This document shows, in pieces, positions 24,855 through 37,357 of a DNA stretch of 64,000 nucleotides. Origin of the DNA: Octopus vulgaris (Eukaryota); assembly GCA_951406725.2 (NCBI GenBank), contig OX597816.1, forward strand, positions 171,306,001-171,370,000, read 5' to 3'. How positions within the stretch are numbered: the stretch's first letter is position 1; the number at the start of each line of letters is the position of its first letter. Position numbers and translations under genes: made by a program. The notes beneath the pieces are model-generated. The model was not told the origin of the DNA. It saw only the letters and a list, made by a program, of their open reading frames with translations, and did not search any database.

Positions 24855-25241
24855 TTCTTTTCCTTGTTTCAGTCATTTGACTGCGGCCATGCTGGAGTGC
24901 TGCCTTTTTTAGTCAAAGAAATAAACCCCAGGACTCATTCTTTGTAAGCCCAGTACTTATTATATCAGTCTCTTTTGCTGAGTCGCTAAGTTATGGGGAC
25001 ATAAACACATCAACATCGGTTGTCAAGAGATGGTGGGGTGGACAAACACAGACACACACATAAATACACACATATATACGATGGGCTTTTTTGCAGCTCT
25101 CATCTACCAAATCCACTCACAAGGCTTTGGTCAGACCAAGACTCTAGTAGAAGACACTTGCCCAAGGTTCCACGCAGTGGGACTGAACCCAGAACCATGT
25201 GGTTGGGAAGCAAGCTTCATACAACACACCCACACTGCACC
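24855..25241 (-). mobile_element. Family B SINE (diverged)
   Basis: Reverse-complement match to family B. Confidence 0.85.
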
Positions 25242-26493
25242 TATATATATAAAAGAGAGATTCTGTCAGTTTGTTTGCTTGTCCAACAAAATGTAAGCAA
25301 ATGGTTCAGGGGAAGCTATTATACTATTGCCTAATTTGTCTCAACAAAAATTATGCAATGGTACAACACTAATTATGCACAAGCTTATGAGGAAGTGCAT
25401 TGATACAAATATACTCATTGGCTGTGGTTAAACATGACACCATCTTCATTCCTCGCATACCAGTTATACTAGCTATACCATTCTAATTTAATCAGTTATA
25501 GTCCTCTATCCCACTTTCTTTTGCCATGAGCATTAATAAAACTCAGGGCCAAACACTAAAAGTTGCTGGGTTGCAACTTGAGGAACCATGCTTTTCAACA
25601 TGGCCAACATCATGTAGGAGCATCATGTGTGGGAGGTGCATAATTTGTTTCAACCAAAATTATGCAATGGTACAACAGTAATTGTGCACTAACTCATGAG
25701 GAACTGCATTGAGGTAAATATTCTCACTGGTTGTGGTAAAGGTGACACTGTCCTCATTCCTTGCATACCAGTTATACCAACTAATGTCCCGTTCCAATTT
25801 AAGCAGTAATAGTTTTCTATCCATGTTTCTTTCGCTATGGGCATCAATAAAAGTCAGGACCAAACACTAACAGTTGCTGGATGGCAACTTGAAGAACCAT
25901 GCTTTTCACATGGCCAACTTTATGTAGGAGCATCACGTGTGAGAGCAAAAGCAAATATTTTTACTTATGCATTCCAAACCAAAACAAAAAATATCTTTAT
26001 ATATAAAAGTGAAGTTGTGTGTCTGTCTCCTACAATTTAGATTCCTAACTACTCCCACATTTTGCGGTGCAGTTTAACCAAAACCGGGTATCTTATAGTC
26101 ATGATTCATATCGAGCCCTTCTGGGTATTAGCGCGCGTCTACGATGAGTCTACAATTTTAAAAAAATTTACCGTCATTTTTTTTCCATTTTAATGCATTT
26201 TTTTCGCTATTATATAAAGGAAGTAACTCTCTAAAAATGTCTTCGATGAGTCAACGATTTTAAAAATAATTTAGCATCATTTTTTTTCCATTTTTAATGC
26301 ATTTTTTGCTATTTTTCGGCTATAACTCTCTAAAAATGCTTATATAGTTATTTCTCTTACAAAACCGAGCAACGCCGGACGATACTGCTAGTTACATATA
26401 AAAGAGAACAGGAGGAGTAAATTATATACAATAATAATACTTCCAAGAAACAGTAAAAGTAATTACCCAATCAATGACAGGTATTACTGCTAG
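25241..26493 (+). mobile_element. Old Helitron with two tandem PIF1-helicase C-terminal fragments, interrupted by a younger Helitron
   Basis: FAMGINKSQDQTLTVAG..LEEPCFSHGQLYVGASRV at 25830-25940, with a more decayed copy at 25330-25640; 3' CTAG at 26490-26493. Confidence 0.8.
25994..26391 (+). mobile_element. Non-autonomous Helitron (same family as 6227-6624)
   Basis: A|TC...CTAG|T with subterminal hairpin. Confidence 0.88.
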
Positions 26494-26542
26494 TATATAT
26501 ATATGTGTATACACACAGACATACGCAGAAAAAGGAATATAT

Positions 26543-26963
26543 GCACAGGAGTGGCTGTGTGGTAAGTAGCTTGCTTACCAACCACATGGTTCTGGGTTCA
26601 GTCCCACTGCATGGCATCTTATATATATATATATAGGTGCAGTCTTCTGCTATAGCCTCGGGCCGACCAAAGCCTTGTGAGTGGATTTGGTAGACGGAAA
26701 CTGAAAGAAGCCTGTTGGATATATGTATATATATATATATGTATGTGTGTGTATATTTGTGTGTATGTTTGTCCCCCTAGCATTGCTTGACAACCGATGC
26801 TGGTGTGTTTATGTCCCCGTCACTTAGCGGTTCGGCAAAAGAGACCGATAGAATAAGTACTGGGCTTACAAAGAATAAGTCCCGGGGTCGATTTGCTTGA
26901 TTAAAGGCGGTGCTCCAGCATGGCCGCAGTCAAATGACTGAAACAAGTAAAAGAGTAAAAGAG
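26543..26963 (+). mobile_element. Family B SINE
   Basis: Full head, body and tail; (TA)n insertion in the CORE-like segment. Confidence 0.9.
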
Positions 26964-28821
26964 TATATACACAGGCAAAAGATGAGATTTACAGACATGT
27001 TCCACCTTTTTCTACTACTATTGTTCAACGCCAAATAGGCTTTGCTGGACACAACTATCACACTGAATACCAGGATATATCAATCATTATATTTTCGGAA
27101 CTTTCGAATCCTAATATCTTTTATCTTTTGTTTCAGTCATTGGACAGTGGTCATGCCTACCAAATTCACTCCCAAATTTGAACAAAGTGTTGCACAATTG
27201 AGTTGAATACAGAACCAAGTGATTGCAGAGAAAGCTTCTTAACCACACATCCAAGCCTGTTCTTATAGAGGATTATAGTGTATTAACCATTTTACTTCAG
27301 AAATCAAATTTATCCACTCAAGATTTACCCTTTCTGGAGAAAGTAGTTTTACACACCAATCTAGCTTTTATTGAGGAATGTTATGTTTGATACTATTTTA
27401 TCAATGAGACGTGTCAAGCTTATCACAAAGCAACTTCATTCACTTGCAGAACATACTAATTTTATGTGTTTTGGTAGATATTTAACATCATTACAGGAAT
27501 AACCATGAAATTCAGTTTTGCAGTTAAACAAGTTAAAAATATAAATGTAAATGTGTGTGTGTTTGAATGTTTGTGTGTGTATTAAAAATTCTAATGATGA
27601 TATATACTGAGAAACTAACAAAAAGAAAATGAAGTGTATACAAAACTAAAAATAAAACAATTATTGCAGAAAACAAGAGGACAATTTTTTTGTCTTGTTC
27701 TGTTTATCTTTTGGAGTGTGTACAGTCAATAGGGTTCATTCAGTGATAGCATAAAAGAAAATTGTTGCCATGAAACAGAAATTAGATGATATTAAAATAC
27801 GAGGCAGGCGGGGGGGACTTTCTCTGATTTCAGCAAAAACATCTAATATCAATAACATAAAAACAAACAGAAGAATTCAGTTGGAGACTATCATGAGAAA
27901 AAAAAATCACACAAAAAGATAAGTGAAAGATAAAAATAAATTGTCATTTCATATTCATTTTATAGGACATTAAGTAAACAATCTTTTTGATATTCTTAAT
28001 ATATATATAGATAGGAAACCTTGTGAGACATGAGAAATACAAATTGAAGTATTAGTTTTGTTTATTTGCTATGGCTTATAGGAATGATTCAGAATTTAAG
28101 TAATCCAGTAAACAGATAAAATTATTTTCAGCCTGTAGTTTACCATATGCTAAACTAAACTAAATCCAGTATCAGTTATTGAATTAACTTTACTGAGCTT
28201 GGTTTATTTTATATTTCAAATTTAGACATAACAGAATTGCAATGGACAAAAAAAAATTGTGTATCCACCTAATTCAAAGTAAAAAAGAAAAACATTTCCA
28301 TAAATAGGCAATACTAATGCAACACAGCCATCTGATAACAATTTAATTAAACAAGTTTTCAAGATACTGTTAAATGTTAGATAATGTTTGTCACAAATAC
28401 CAAACAGTGGCTGAGTGATATTTTACAAGGCAGTTATCTTTCTCAAAACAACATCAGAAACTTAACTTAAAAACAGTGTTAATAGAATTTTTTTTTTCTT
28501 GTTATCTTGTACATTGAACAAGATAAGAGCAAAGGTGATTGGGGAATGGAGAGTTGTCTACACAGCTAAATAGCACAAAAAGAAAGGTAAATGTGTGTTA
28601 AGCTCAAACAAGAATTTTTTAATCAAAGACAAGCTATCATACTTAAATCTTCCATAATTGCTTTTTTCTTTATTTCTACAAATATAAAATAAGAGAACAA
28701 TAAATTTTGTAAAACATTTTAATGAGGAAAGAAAATAGAACAAAAGTGGATGTCTTTCTTTATCAACAATTGTCACTTTGCTGTGGCAAAGATGTACGAC
28801 AGAACAGGATTAGCTTCTTAC

Positions 28822-29026
28822 CTGGTTTTCTTCTCATTCCTGGCTTTCTTCCTGAGCGCGGACTTTTCAGAGCATCTCTTTCTGATGCAGAAGGCCTCAT
28901 GGGTGGAGCTGGACGTAAACAGGACATACTCCAAGTTTTATACATTTTGGTCTGTAATGGTGGCTGTGTCATTTTAGCTGTTTTTGCCTGTGTTAGCATA
29001 CTGATACTGGGCTGTGAAGATGAGAT
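28822..29026 (-). CDS. Internal coding exon (205 bp, phase 0 to 1) of an unidentified gene: ISSSQPSISMLTQAKTAKMTQPPLQTKMYKTWSMSCLRPAPPMRPSASERDALKSPRSGRKPGMRRKP
   Basis: Canonical acceptor ttattttcag and donor CAG|gtaag; open frame throughout; GC elevated over the flanks; no repeat match in the window. Confidence 0.85.
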
Positions 29027-29901
29027 CTGAAAATAACGAAGATTTAAAAAAAACAAATTCTTTAACGATATATTCAATGACACTAATTGTAAGAGAAAGT
29101 AAGATATTTAAATTTCTGCATAATTCATAGTTTGAAGGAAATTGCATTTTACAGATTGTTCTTACACGAGTAATATCCTCATGCTTTATATTTCTAAAGT
29201 TTCACAATATTCTTAAATATAGATATGGAGACTAATACTTTTCCAAGAAAAGAGATGAGAAGTGGTGATGTCCATAGATTTCTTAAGAGCATTATTCATG
29301 TAAGTGAAATAAAGCAGTTGTACTAAAAATATAAAGTTTAAATCTCAGCTGGTTGAGAGCTAAGTCTTACTGCTGCATCTGTCTCAATGTATATATGACA
29401 GTGACTGTTAAAGGACAAGAACAGAGGGATAAATAGTATGAACATCAATGATTACAGTAATAATACTTCATATAAGAGAGATCGGACTGTTTGTGAACAA
29501 ACACCGGGTGAAACATGGCAGAAGGGACGAACAATACTGAAAATAGCATGGAATTCTAAAAGGGGGAATGGTTATGAGAAAAAGGAATAACAAACATGGA
29601 GAGAGAAAAAAAAGAAAGCATATGATCAGTATAGTGAAGAGTAGGCTACTTAAAGCATCCCATATGGTAACACACATTGAATATAATCCAAGAACAACAA
29701 ACGGCAAAGAAAGGTTTTAGAAGCAATAAGGTTAAATAGGAAAATCAGGATAGGAAAGTTGTATGTCGGATTAAATTTCAGTTACTAAATATTTGATAGG
29801 AGTTGTTGTCAAAGGGATTATAAACAACAACAAAAAAAAAAATTAAGAGTTCAACAAATTATAATCTTAATGTATTATAATTAGAGTAGAGATGTACTTA
29901 A

Positions 29902-30122
29902 CCCTTTAGTGTTTGCATTATTCTGCCAAAGTTAATCCTTTTTTATCCACATTGTTTTGAACTAATCATGCATTATCTTGTAGCTATGAGATTTTGATGA
30001 GGTAGCTGTTAATTTTTAAAACGATATTGTAGGGTTGGTGTGAGAGACCAGATCTGGCCAGTTTGAACATAAAGCAGGCAGAATACTTTTCGCCGGATAT
30101 GGCCGGTTTAAATGCTAAAGGG
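29902..30122 (+). mobile_element. piggyBac-type MITE, family 2
   Basis: TTAA|CCCTTTAG...CTAAAGGG|TTAA; copies at 54278-54498 and 59681-59901. Confidence 0.9.
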
Positions 30123-32375
30123 TTAATTTAAGAGTAAGAAAAACAAAGGAATTGCAGGTGAACTCTAGGGCTATGAAGAAATGATGTTTACATATTAAGC
30201 TGTATAGAAATAATAACGTTTGCTACATTTTCACTCTAATTCTCTACTTTCAAATATAAATATCAATTCTGCAGTATGGCAACTTAAGTGTCTTCTACCA
30301 TAGTCTTTTTGTAAACATCTCACTCTGAAGCACGACTAATGGACTATAGAGAAATTATACTGGAAATGTATATAAAATTAAAACAGTGTGAATCAAATTA
30401 TTTTAGATACTTATTTTAACTTGGCACAAGGTCTATTTTGAAAGAAGACAGTGCAATCCTGCATATAAAATGACCAGTTTCATATATTTATTTTACTAAA
30501 CTCAAAAAATATCTTAAAATTAATAACAGTAGCACTTGAACTTGAAACAGTTAACAATAAAACTTTAGAACATATAAAACATTAATTTGCACTGATTCTG
30601 CTACTCTAATAGCTGAAATAGTGGCTCAAGTAGATAGAAAGTTTTAAAAAGTTTATGCTTTGTTAAATCTTCACACCACAGACAGAGCAAGAGAAAAACT
30701 GAAGGATATCCAGAAGATTCTGTCAATGAATGTTATTGTGGAACCATACAAATGTTAGAAAAAGAAAATTCATTTCTCTTGGACAAGGAACAATAATTGC
30801 TGATCATTGATACAGGCAGAACAAGGAAATACAATAATTCTATACTTGAAATTACAATAAATCATAAAGAAAATTTAGCACAATTTATTGTTAACAATGA
30901 AACAACAAATGTTAAGAATATGTTAAGAAGATTCCTCTTTCTAATTAAAAAAAATTTTTTTTTTTACAATCTCTAAAAAGAAAATGCAAAACAGAAAAAA
31001 ACTCGAAACTTTCCTCGGGATAGGATAATTAAGCTACACAACTGAGTGAGCAAATGAGTGTGTATGTTTGTGTGTGTATATTTATCAACTGACCAGTGCA
31101 ATTCCTTCTTGCTGAGATAATAGATTACTTTCCTCACACGGATAAAGTATAACAACCAGAAGCAACACCTTATTTTTCCTTTAACCTTACAAGATCAATT
31201 GAAAATGCATTGACAGACTTCCATTCAATATTGTCTGAGAATGGAAATCTAAAGTAGATCATATGTGTGTGTGTATACACATGTGCACACACATTTCACA
31301 CAGAACTACAGCATTAGTGAGGAGGAAAGAATAAACTAATGCCTGTAGACTTATACTTAAGGCCTGTGTCTAATAGCTGAGTAGCAAATATCTTTATCAA
31401 TATCATATATCAATAAAGAAGTTTACAAATGAAAACATCTTTTTACAACTTCTATGAAGTGCAAATTGTGAAGAAAACAAAGAGGTTTACTTCATGAGTT
31501 TGTAAAAGTAATAACTTAAATATAATTGGTAAGTTTATAGTAGGACACTAGGACCAGAGCAAAGTTTAAGGACATGGCCTAATTTGTAGTCAAGAATTCA
31601 TATTATTAATGATTAAAATTTTACAAGATGTGTAATGTTTTTAACAGATACATAAAAAGTAACACATTTTTCAAAGGGCATTGGAATGAGTTGCAATTAA
31701 TTTTGCCACTACTTTTCAACAGTTTTATTTTTGTCCAGTAACAAAAGGCATTTCTGTTTTTGCCTTTTTTTGCTTTGTTTATCTATCTTGCATTAAAATT
31801 ATTGAAGAGATGTCTTTTGGAAAGAAATTAGCTTCACAACGTCTCTAACTTTCTAAAACTCTAGGATCCATACCTACATAATCAGTTCTCATTTATATTC
31901 CATTATCATTTAAGTGTGCAATATTAGAGAGAACAACTTGCTATATTTAATCACATGTTCCATTGTAACAGATGTTAAATCAACAGTCACCACAACGGTG
32001 ACTGATTTTAATTACTTCATCACAGAAATAGGAGTCAAAGGAAGTTGAAGGTCTGGTGAACAATACACATAACAATGTTTACATTCAGTCATTAAGATAT
32101 ATAAATCAAAATTCAACTCAAGCTGAACTGTTTCGGTGAATTTAAATAGAACAACCTTTGTAATCACAATCTATTTGCCACAATAGATTATTTAACATCT
32201 ACACTTCATTTAACATTCTACTCCAAGATAACTACCAGAAAGTTATCTTTTCTTCAGGTCAGGCTTGAATTTTTTTTTTTTTTTAAACTGCAATCATTTT
32301 TCCCTTCTTAGATTTTTCCCTTTCTTTTTGAGGGTGTATGATCTTAAACTTTAAACATGTGTTTGGTTTTCCAGT

Positions 32376-32746
32376 GATGGAAGCACTCCGTCGGTTCCGG
32401 TTGATCCGATCAACGGAACAGCCTGCTCGTGAAATTAACGTGTAAGTGGCTGAGCACTCCACAGACACGTGTACCCTTAACGTAGTTCTCGGGGATATTC
32501 AGCGTGACACAGAGAGTGACAAGGCCGGCCTTTTGAAATACAGGTACAACAGAAACAGGAAGTAAAAGTGAGAGAAAGTTGTGGTGAAAGAGTACAGCAG
32601 GGATCACCACCATCCCCTGCCGGAGCGTCGTGGAGCTTTAGGTGTTTTCGCTCAATAAACACTCACAATGCCCGGTCTGGGAATCGAAACCGCGATCCTA
32701 CGACCGCGAGTCCGCTGCCCTAACCACTGGGCCATTGCACCTCCAC
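32376..32746 (-). mobile_element. tRNA-derived SINE, family E, with 12-bp TSD
   Basis: Head TGGCCCAGTGGTTAGGGC...GGTTTCGATTCC on the minus strand; TSD tggttttccagt at 32364-32375 and 32747-32758. Confidence 0.92.
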
Positions 32747-34078
32747 TGGTTTTCCAGTACCTGTTTAAGTTCAACACTGAGCCTAGTAAAATAATGCATT
32801 TCACCTAAAGATAATACAGCAATCGGTGACAAACAGAAACACAACTCTTAATTGATTAGTCAAATATCTTTACAATCATGCCAATTAATTTTGTAGTTAA
32901 TTTCCTCCTCTTAAACTTTTTATAAAATTCTTAAAGAAATCCCAATCACCCTTAATCTCACTAAAAAAGAAATAGTCAACAACTGAAAAAATGCTGCCCC
33001 CCCCCCCCCACACACACACACACCACCACCACCAGTGTAATTTATTTCCAAGAAAACAATTAATGGGAAATTTCATTTCTGAACAGTTTTTGTTTTTATT
33101 TCTAATGTTTTTTTTATACTTTTAAATACTTTGCCAACATTTTAGCAATAAAAAAAAAGTAGGTTGAGCTTCTGGCCAATCAGCATTTGCAAAGTTAAAT
33201 CGTACTATATCAGCTCAATGAAAGCTGACTACTGCCATCACAAAATGACAAAAATGAGAAGGTTAGAAAAGAAAGAAACGGAGAAAGAAGAAAGTGAGAG
33301 GTTGTCTACTAATAATACTTTATGAATAATTCAAAATACAATTCACTTTCTACTGCTGTGTCCATCATCTTTTGCTTAATCACTCGTATCACCATATTAC
33401 ACAAATACATGAATTCATGGGCTGATTTAGATTTAAGTCAGACAGACATTTATCATTTCTGACTGCTCCAAGATACAAATGTGCTTCACATGCAATCCTA
33501 AAGGAAACTGCCAGCTTCACAAAAGGAAATCAGATAGTTTTATTTCTTTATGCTCCATACTTCTTCAGACTTCATACACTTCTGTCCAATACTTTCTTAC
33601 AGACTGTGTAGCTACGGTTTAACAAACAATTGAAACTGCAATGCATGCATACACACATATGCATACCTGCATACATATTCAACAAATCTTTTGAATCAAG
33701 AAGCTGCTTTAGCAAACAAATTACAAAGAAAGCAAAAAGGAGATTTTTCAATATTTATACAAGTAGCTCTTTTCTAGAAGCCCTTGTGTATTTCCTTTTA
33801 TTGCCAACACACATCAAGAATTTTGCAGACTGATTCGTTACAGGACTTATGAAATCAATTGTAGATAGCACCTGTTCCAAAGGCCAACATATATCATTCC
33901 ATAGTAACAAGACAACTTCTGTGTTGCCTTCTTACATTAAACTGGAATGAAAAAGTAGGAAGTAATCAATAGGTTACCAACATTGGAGTTAGTAAGAATG
34001 TTCCAACTCCAGCAAGGTGTTACAGTATCCAGTTTCCCAAATAATAGTTTAACTGCATTGAAAATAAATCTGATTTAA

Positions 34079-34299
34079 CCCTTTCGTTACCAACACGGCT
34101 GAAACCGGCTCTGGCTCGGAGTACAAATGTCTTATTTTTTATAAGTTTTGAATTAAAATCTTCCACCAAACCTTAGTCACAGTTTATGTTCCTAGCACTA
34201 GCTGAATGATAACTGAGTTATTTTACTAAATTCTTTGTTATATTTAAAGTAATTGTAAAAAACACTGAGCATCTCAAAATAAATACGGTAACGAAAGGG
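34079..34299 (+). mobile_element. piggyBac-type MITE, family 1
   Basis: TTAA TSD; TIR CCCTTTCGTTACC / GGTAACGAAAGGG. Confidence 0.92.
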
Positions 34300-34410
34300 T
34301 TAAGGGTTTCTGTGAAGGAGGATCTGATAGAAACAATTATGTTTATATAAACAAGATGTTAGTAAATTTGGATTAGGATTTTTCATTTAACCCCTATTAT
34401 ATAAATACAT

Positions 34411-34472
34411 GTTGTAGATCGGGATGGTCATTTTTATTTATTTCCTCTTTTTGGCCAAATAAACACATGCAC

Positions 34473-34504
<32 letters not shown>

Positions 34505-35165
34505 CTTCACTCATTTATTACTGTTCTTATTCTAACTCATGTCCATTGTCCAGAAAACTTTCTTCACACATCTGTGGCCTCTTCAGTGATATTTTTTGTT
34601 TTCGTGTATGCTCTTGCTCCACTTACTCCATTCTGTTCTTCTATGATGTGTATCCTTATGTGTGCATGCGTTTGTATATGTGTATACTTGTGTGTGTGTG
34701 CGTGCATGTGTATGTGTGTGTGTGTATGCTTGTGTACGTCACTGTTCTCAGCAGCAATATGGCCTTCTCCTCAGCCCCATCCTCTCACCCCATTGTGCTG
34801 CTGTTGTCCTAAAACCCGAACATTTGATACAGTTCCTGTATCTCTCTGTGTTTGTGTGTTCATTATTCTGCTGTCATTATTTGTGCTGTTGATATTGTTG
34901 TGACTGTCCATGAAATTTCTCGTGTGTGTATGGGTTCACTTCGTATGTTGCTTGTATCCATGCCTTTTATATAGATTTATTTATTAATATATTTTATCCA
35001 TCTCTGTTTATTATATCTATCACAGGTATGTGACAGATATATTTTATTTATTCATTAATCTATTTATTCATAAATAAATTTATTTGTCGCATACCTCTGA
35101 TAGCTTTAAGAAATAGAGATAGCTATAAAAAAAATAAATAAAAATGACCATCCCAAAATACAACA
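34411..35165. repeat. Nested inverted repeats, probable Penelope terminal remnants
   Basis: 34411-34443 is inverted at 35132-35165; ~34998-35050 is inverted at ~35072-35121. Confidence 0.6.
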
Positions 35166-35329
35166 ATATCTGCTTCAACACACAATTTCACATCAGGAAT
35201 CTTGCAATACAAATATACAAATACACTATTTCTTTTAACAATTTTCAGTCATTTACAATATTTTCATTTCATTTAGAGTAATCTTGATTGTTACATTCAT
35301 TTATATTCAATTTTCAAACAATGTTTATG

Positions 35330-35545
35330 TATCAAGTGCAATGCTACATTTTAGAGAGACATTGGCATTAAATGCAGAGGGTATGCGAAAGTTGGGAAGT
35401 AACGAAGCAAGCATTCTCTGCTAATGTGTAATGTTAGTATGCATGAATGACAAGGCACTAATGAGCTGAGAGTGAAGCTGGTATAAGAAGAGTTAGACGT
35501 GGTGTGCAACAGAATCACCTACACTGGTAGTCATGTGGTGAGATG
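35330..35545 (+). mobile_element. Highly degraded RTE ORF fragment
   Basis: Remnants of MCNVS..ELR.KL...RRGVQ..HLHW..HVV, matching the 37911-38285 translation. Confidence 0.6.
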
Positions 35546-36150
35546 CTGTGTTGGAGAGACCCGGCCAACACATGAAAGCATGGAATAACAGAAATGAAAA
35601 AAAAAATGGTAACGATGGTGATATTAATGACAATAAAGATGACAACAATAACGAATTAATTTATTAATCTCAAAAAAGGGATACACACATAACGAAAGGG
35701 GGGGAGGGGGCAGGTGGTGATAATTTAATAACCATTTGACTCAGCTTCATGCATGGTTATTAAAGCCAAACAATATAACTCCAACCAAAACTGTTGAGTG
35801 TCACTTTCATTTGTCCACTCGTGTGTGTGTGTGTGTGTGTAATTGAGTTTATATCTTTTAAAATGGTCATTTGTTAGGTTGCTTTAGGTCTTCAAACATT
35901 CAGTTTTAACTTGGATGCAGTTTGGATTTTTAAACGGGTAAACAGAGATGTTCCTAGTTTTCTTTTATAGTATTTTGCAGCAAAAGCAATTTCAAGTTTC
36001 GTCTTATGCTTAATTGTTTATATTACTACACAGTATAAAATAAACACAACAGCACAGAAATAAGCATTAAACCCAAACTTTAATTAAGGAACAGCCTGAT
36101 AATTAGTTACACTGACCATGTATCTGTGCATGCTTTCATTCAAAATGAAA

Positions 36151-36183
<33 letters not shown>

Positions 36184-36303
36184 GGCGCAGGAGTGGCTGT
36201 GTGGTAAGTAGCTTGCTTACCAACCACATGGTTCCGGGTTCAGTCCCACTGTGAGTGGATTTGGTAGACGGAAACTGAAAGAAGCCTGTCGTATATATGT
36301 ATG

Positions 36304-36337
<34 letters not shown>

Positions 36338-36558
36338 CTCGTGTATGTTTGTGTATCTGTGTTTGTCTCCCTAGCATTGCTTGACAACCGATGCTGGTGT
36401 GTTTACGTCCCCGTCACTTAGCGGTTCGGCAAAAGAGACCGATAGAATAAGTACTGGGCTTACAAAGAATAAGTCCCGGGGTCGAGTTGCTCGACTAAAG
36501 GCAGTGCGCCAGCATGGCCGCAGTCAAATGACTGAAACAAGTAAAAGAATAAAAGAGT
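36184..36558 (+). mobile_element. Family B SINE with internal deletion of the CORE-like segment
   Basis: Head joins directly to tgtgagtggatttggtagacgg; tail intact. Confidence 0.9.
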
Positions 36559-36879
36559 AATTAGTCTAATTACAAATAAGGAAGCAAATTGTTGAGTTGG
36601 AACTAGAGTTATTGTGTACCATTTCCACATCTCTGCTGCCTTTTTCCTAGAGCCATTATCAGAGATACTAATCCTAATATTATCCGATTCAGCAATTTCA
36701 AACATTTTGCATTGTGTTAGCATCTATCACAAGAGAGACAATTAATACTTTTCAGTATCTTTTTGTTTAATATTTCCATAGAAACTGCTTTGAATCACAA
36801 TCTCTGATTATAATCAAATATAGACAAATAATTCTTTGCCTCTATTACTAGGGGAAGTCAAGAATTACCCGCACATAGA

Positions 36880-36891
36880 TATGTGTGTGAG

Positions 36892-36945
<54 letters not shown>

Positions 36946-37357
36946 TACATGTATATGTATATACATATATGCAAACATGTGTGTATGTATGTATATAAAT
37001 GTATCTGTATATATGTATATATATATATGTATATATACACATAAACATATATGCATACATATCTGTATATTCATATACAAACATATATATATATATACGT
37101 ATGTATATATATATATATGTGTGTGTGTGTGTATCTATATATAAGTGTATATATATATATATATGTATCTATCTATATGTATATATATATGTATCTCTAT
37201 ATATATGTGTATATACATGTATGTATATATGTGTTTATATATATGTATGTATATATGTATGTGTTTATGTAGGTGTGTGTGTGTATGTATATATATATAT
37301 ATATGTATGTGTTTATGTAGGCGTGTGTGTGTATGTGTGTGTGTATATATATATATA
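36880..37357. repeat. Compound (TA/CA/TG)n microsatellite
   Basis: Direct inspection. Confidence 0.95.

Noticed and set aside
28722-29030. Plus-strand ORFs overlapping the exon
   Set aside because: Antisense shadows; the canonical splice signals are on the minus strand.
32670-32746. Functional tRNA genes at SINE heads (also 3271, 53371, 61005-61074)
   Set aside because: A/B boxes are present, but there is no complete acceptor stem, and the heads run on into repeat bodies, several with TSDs.
33310-33620. Possible alternative first exon on the minus strand (MVIRVIKQKMMDTAVE...)
   Set aside because: No good phase-0 donor to join exon 29026, and the ORF is short; unsupported without transcripts.
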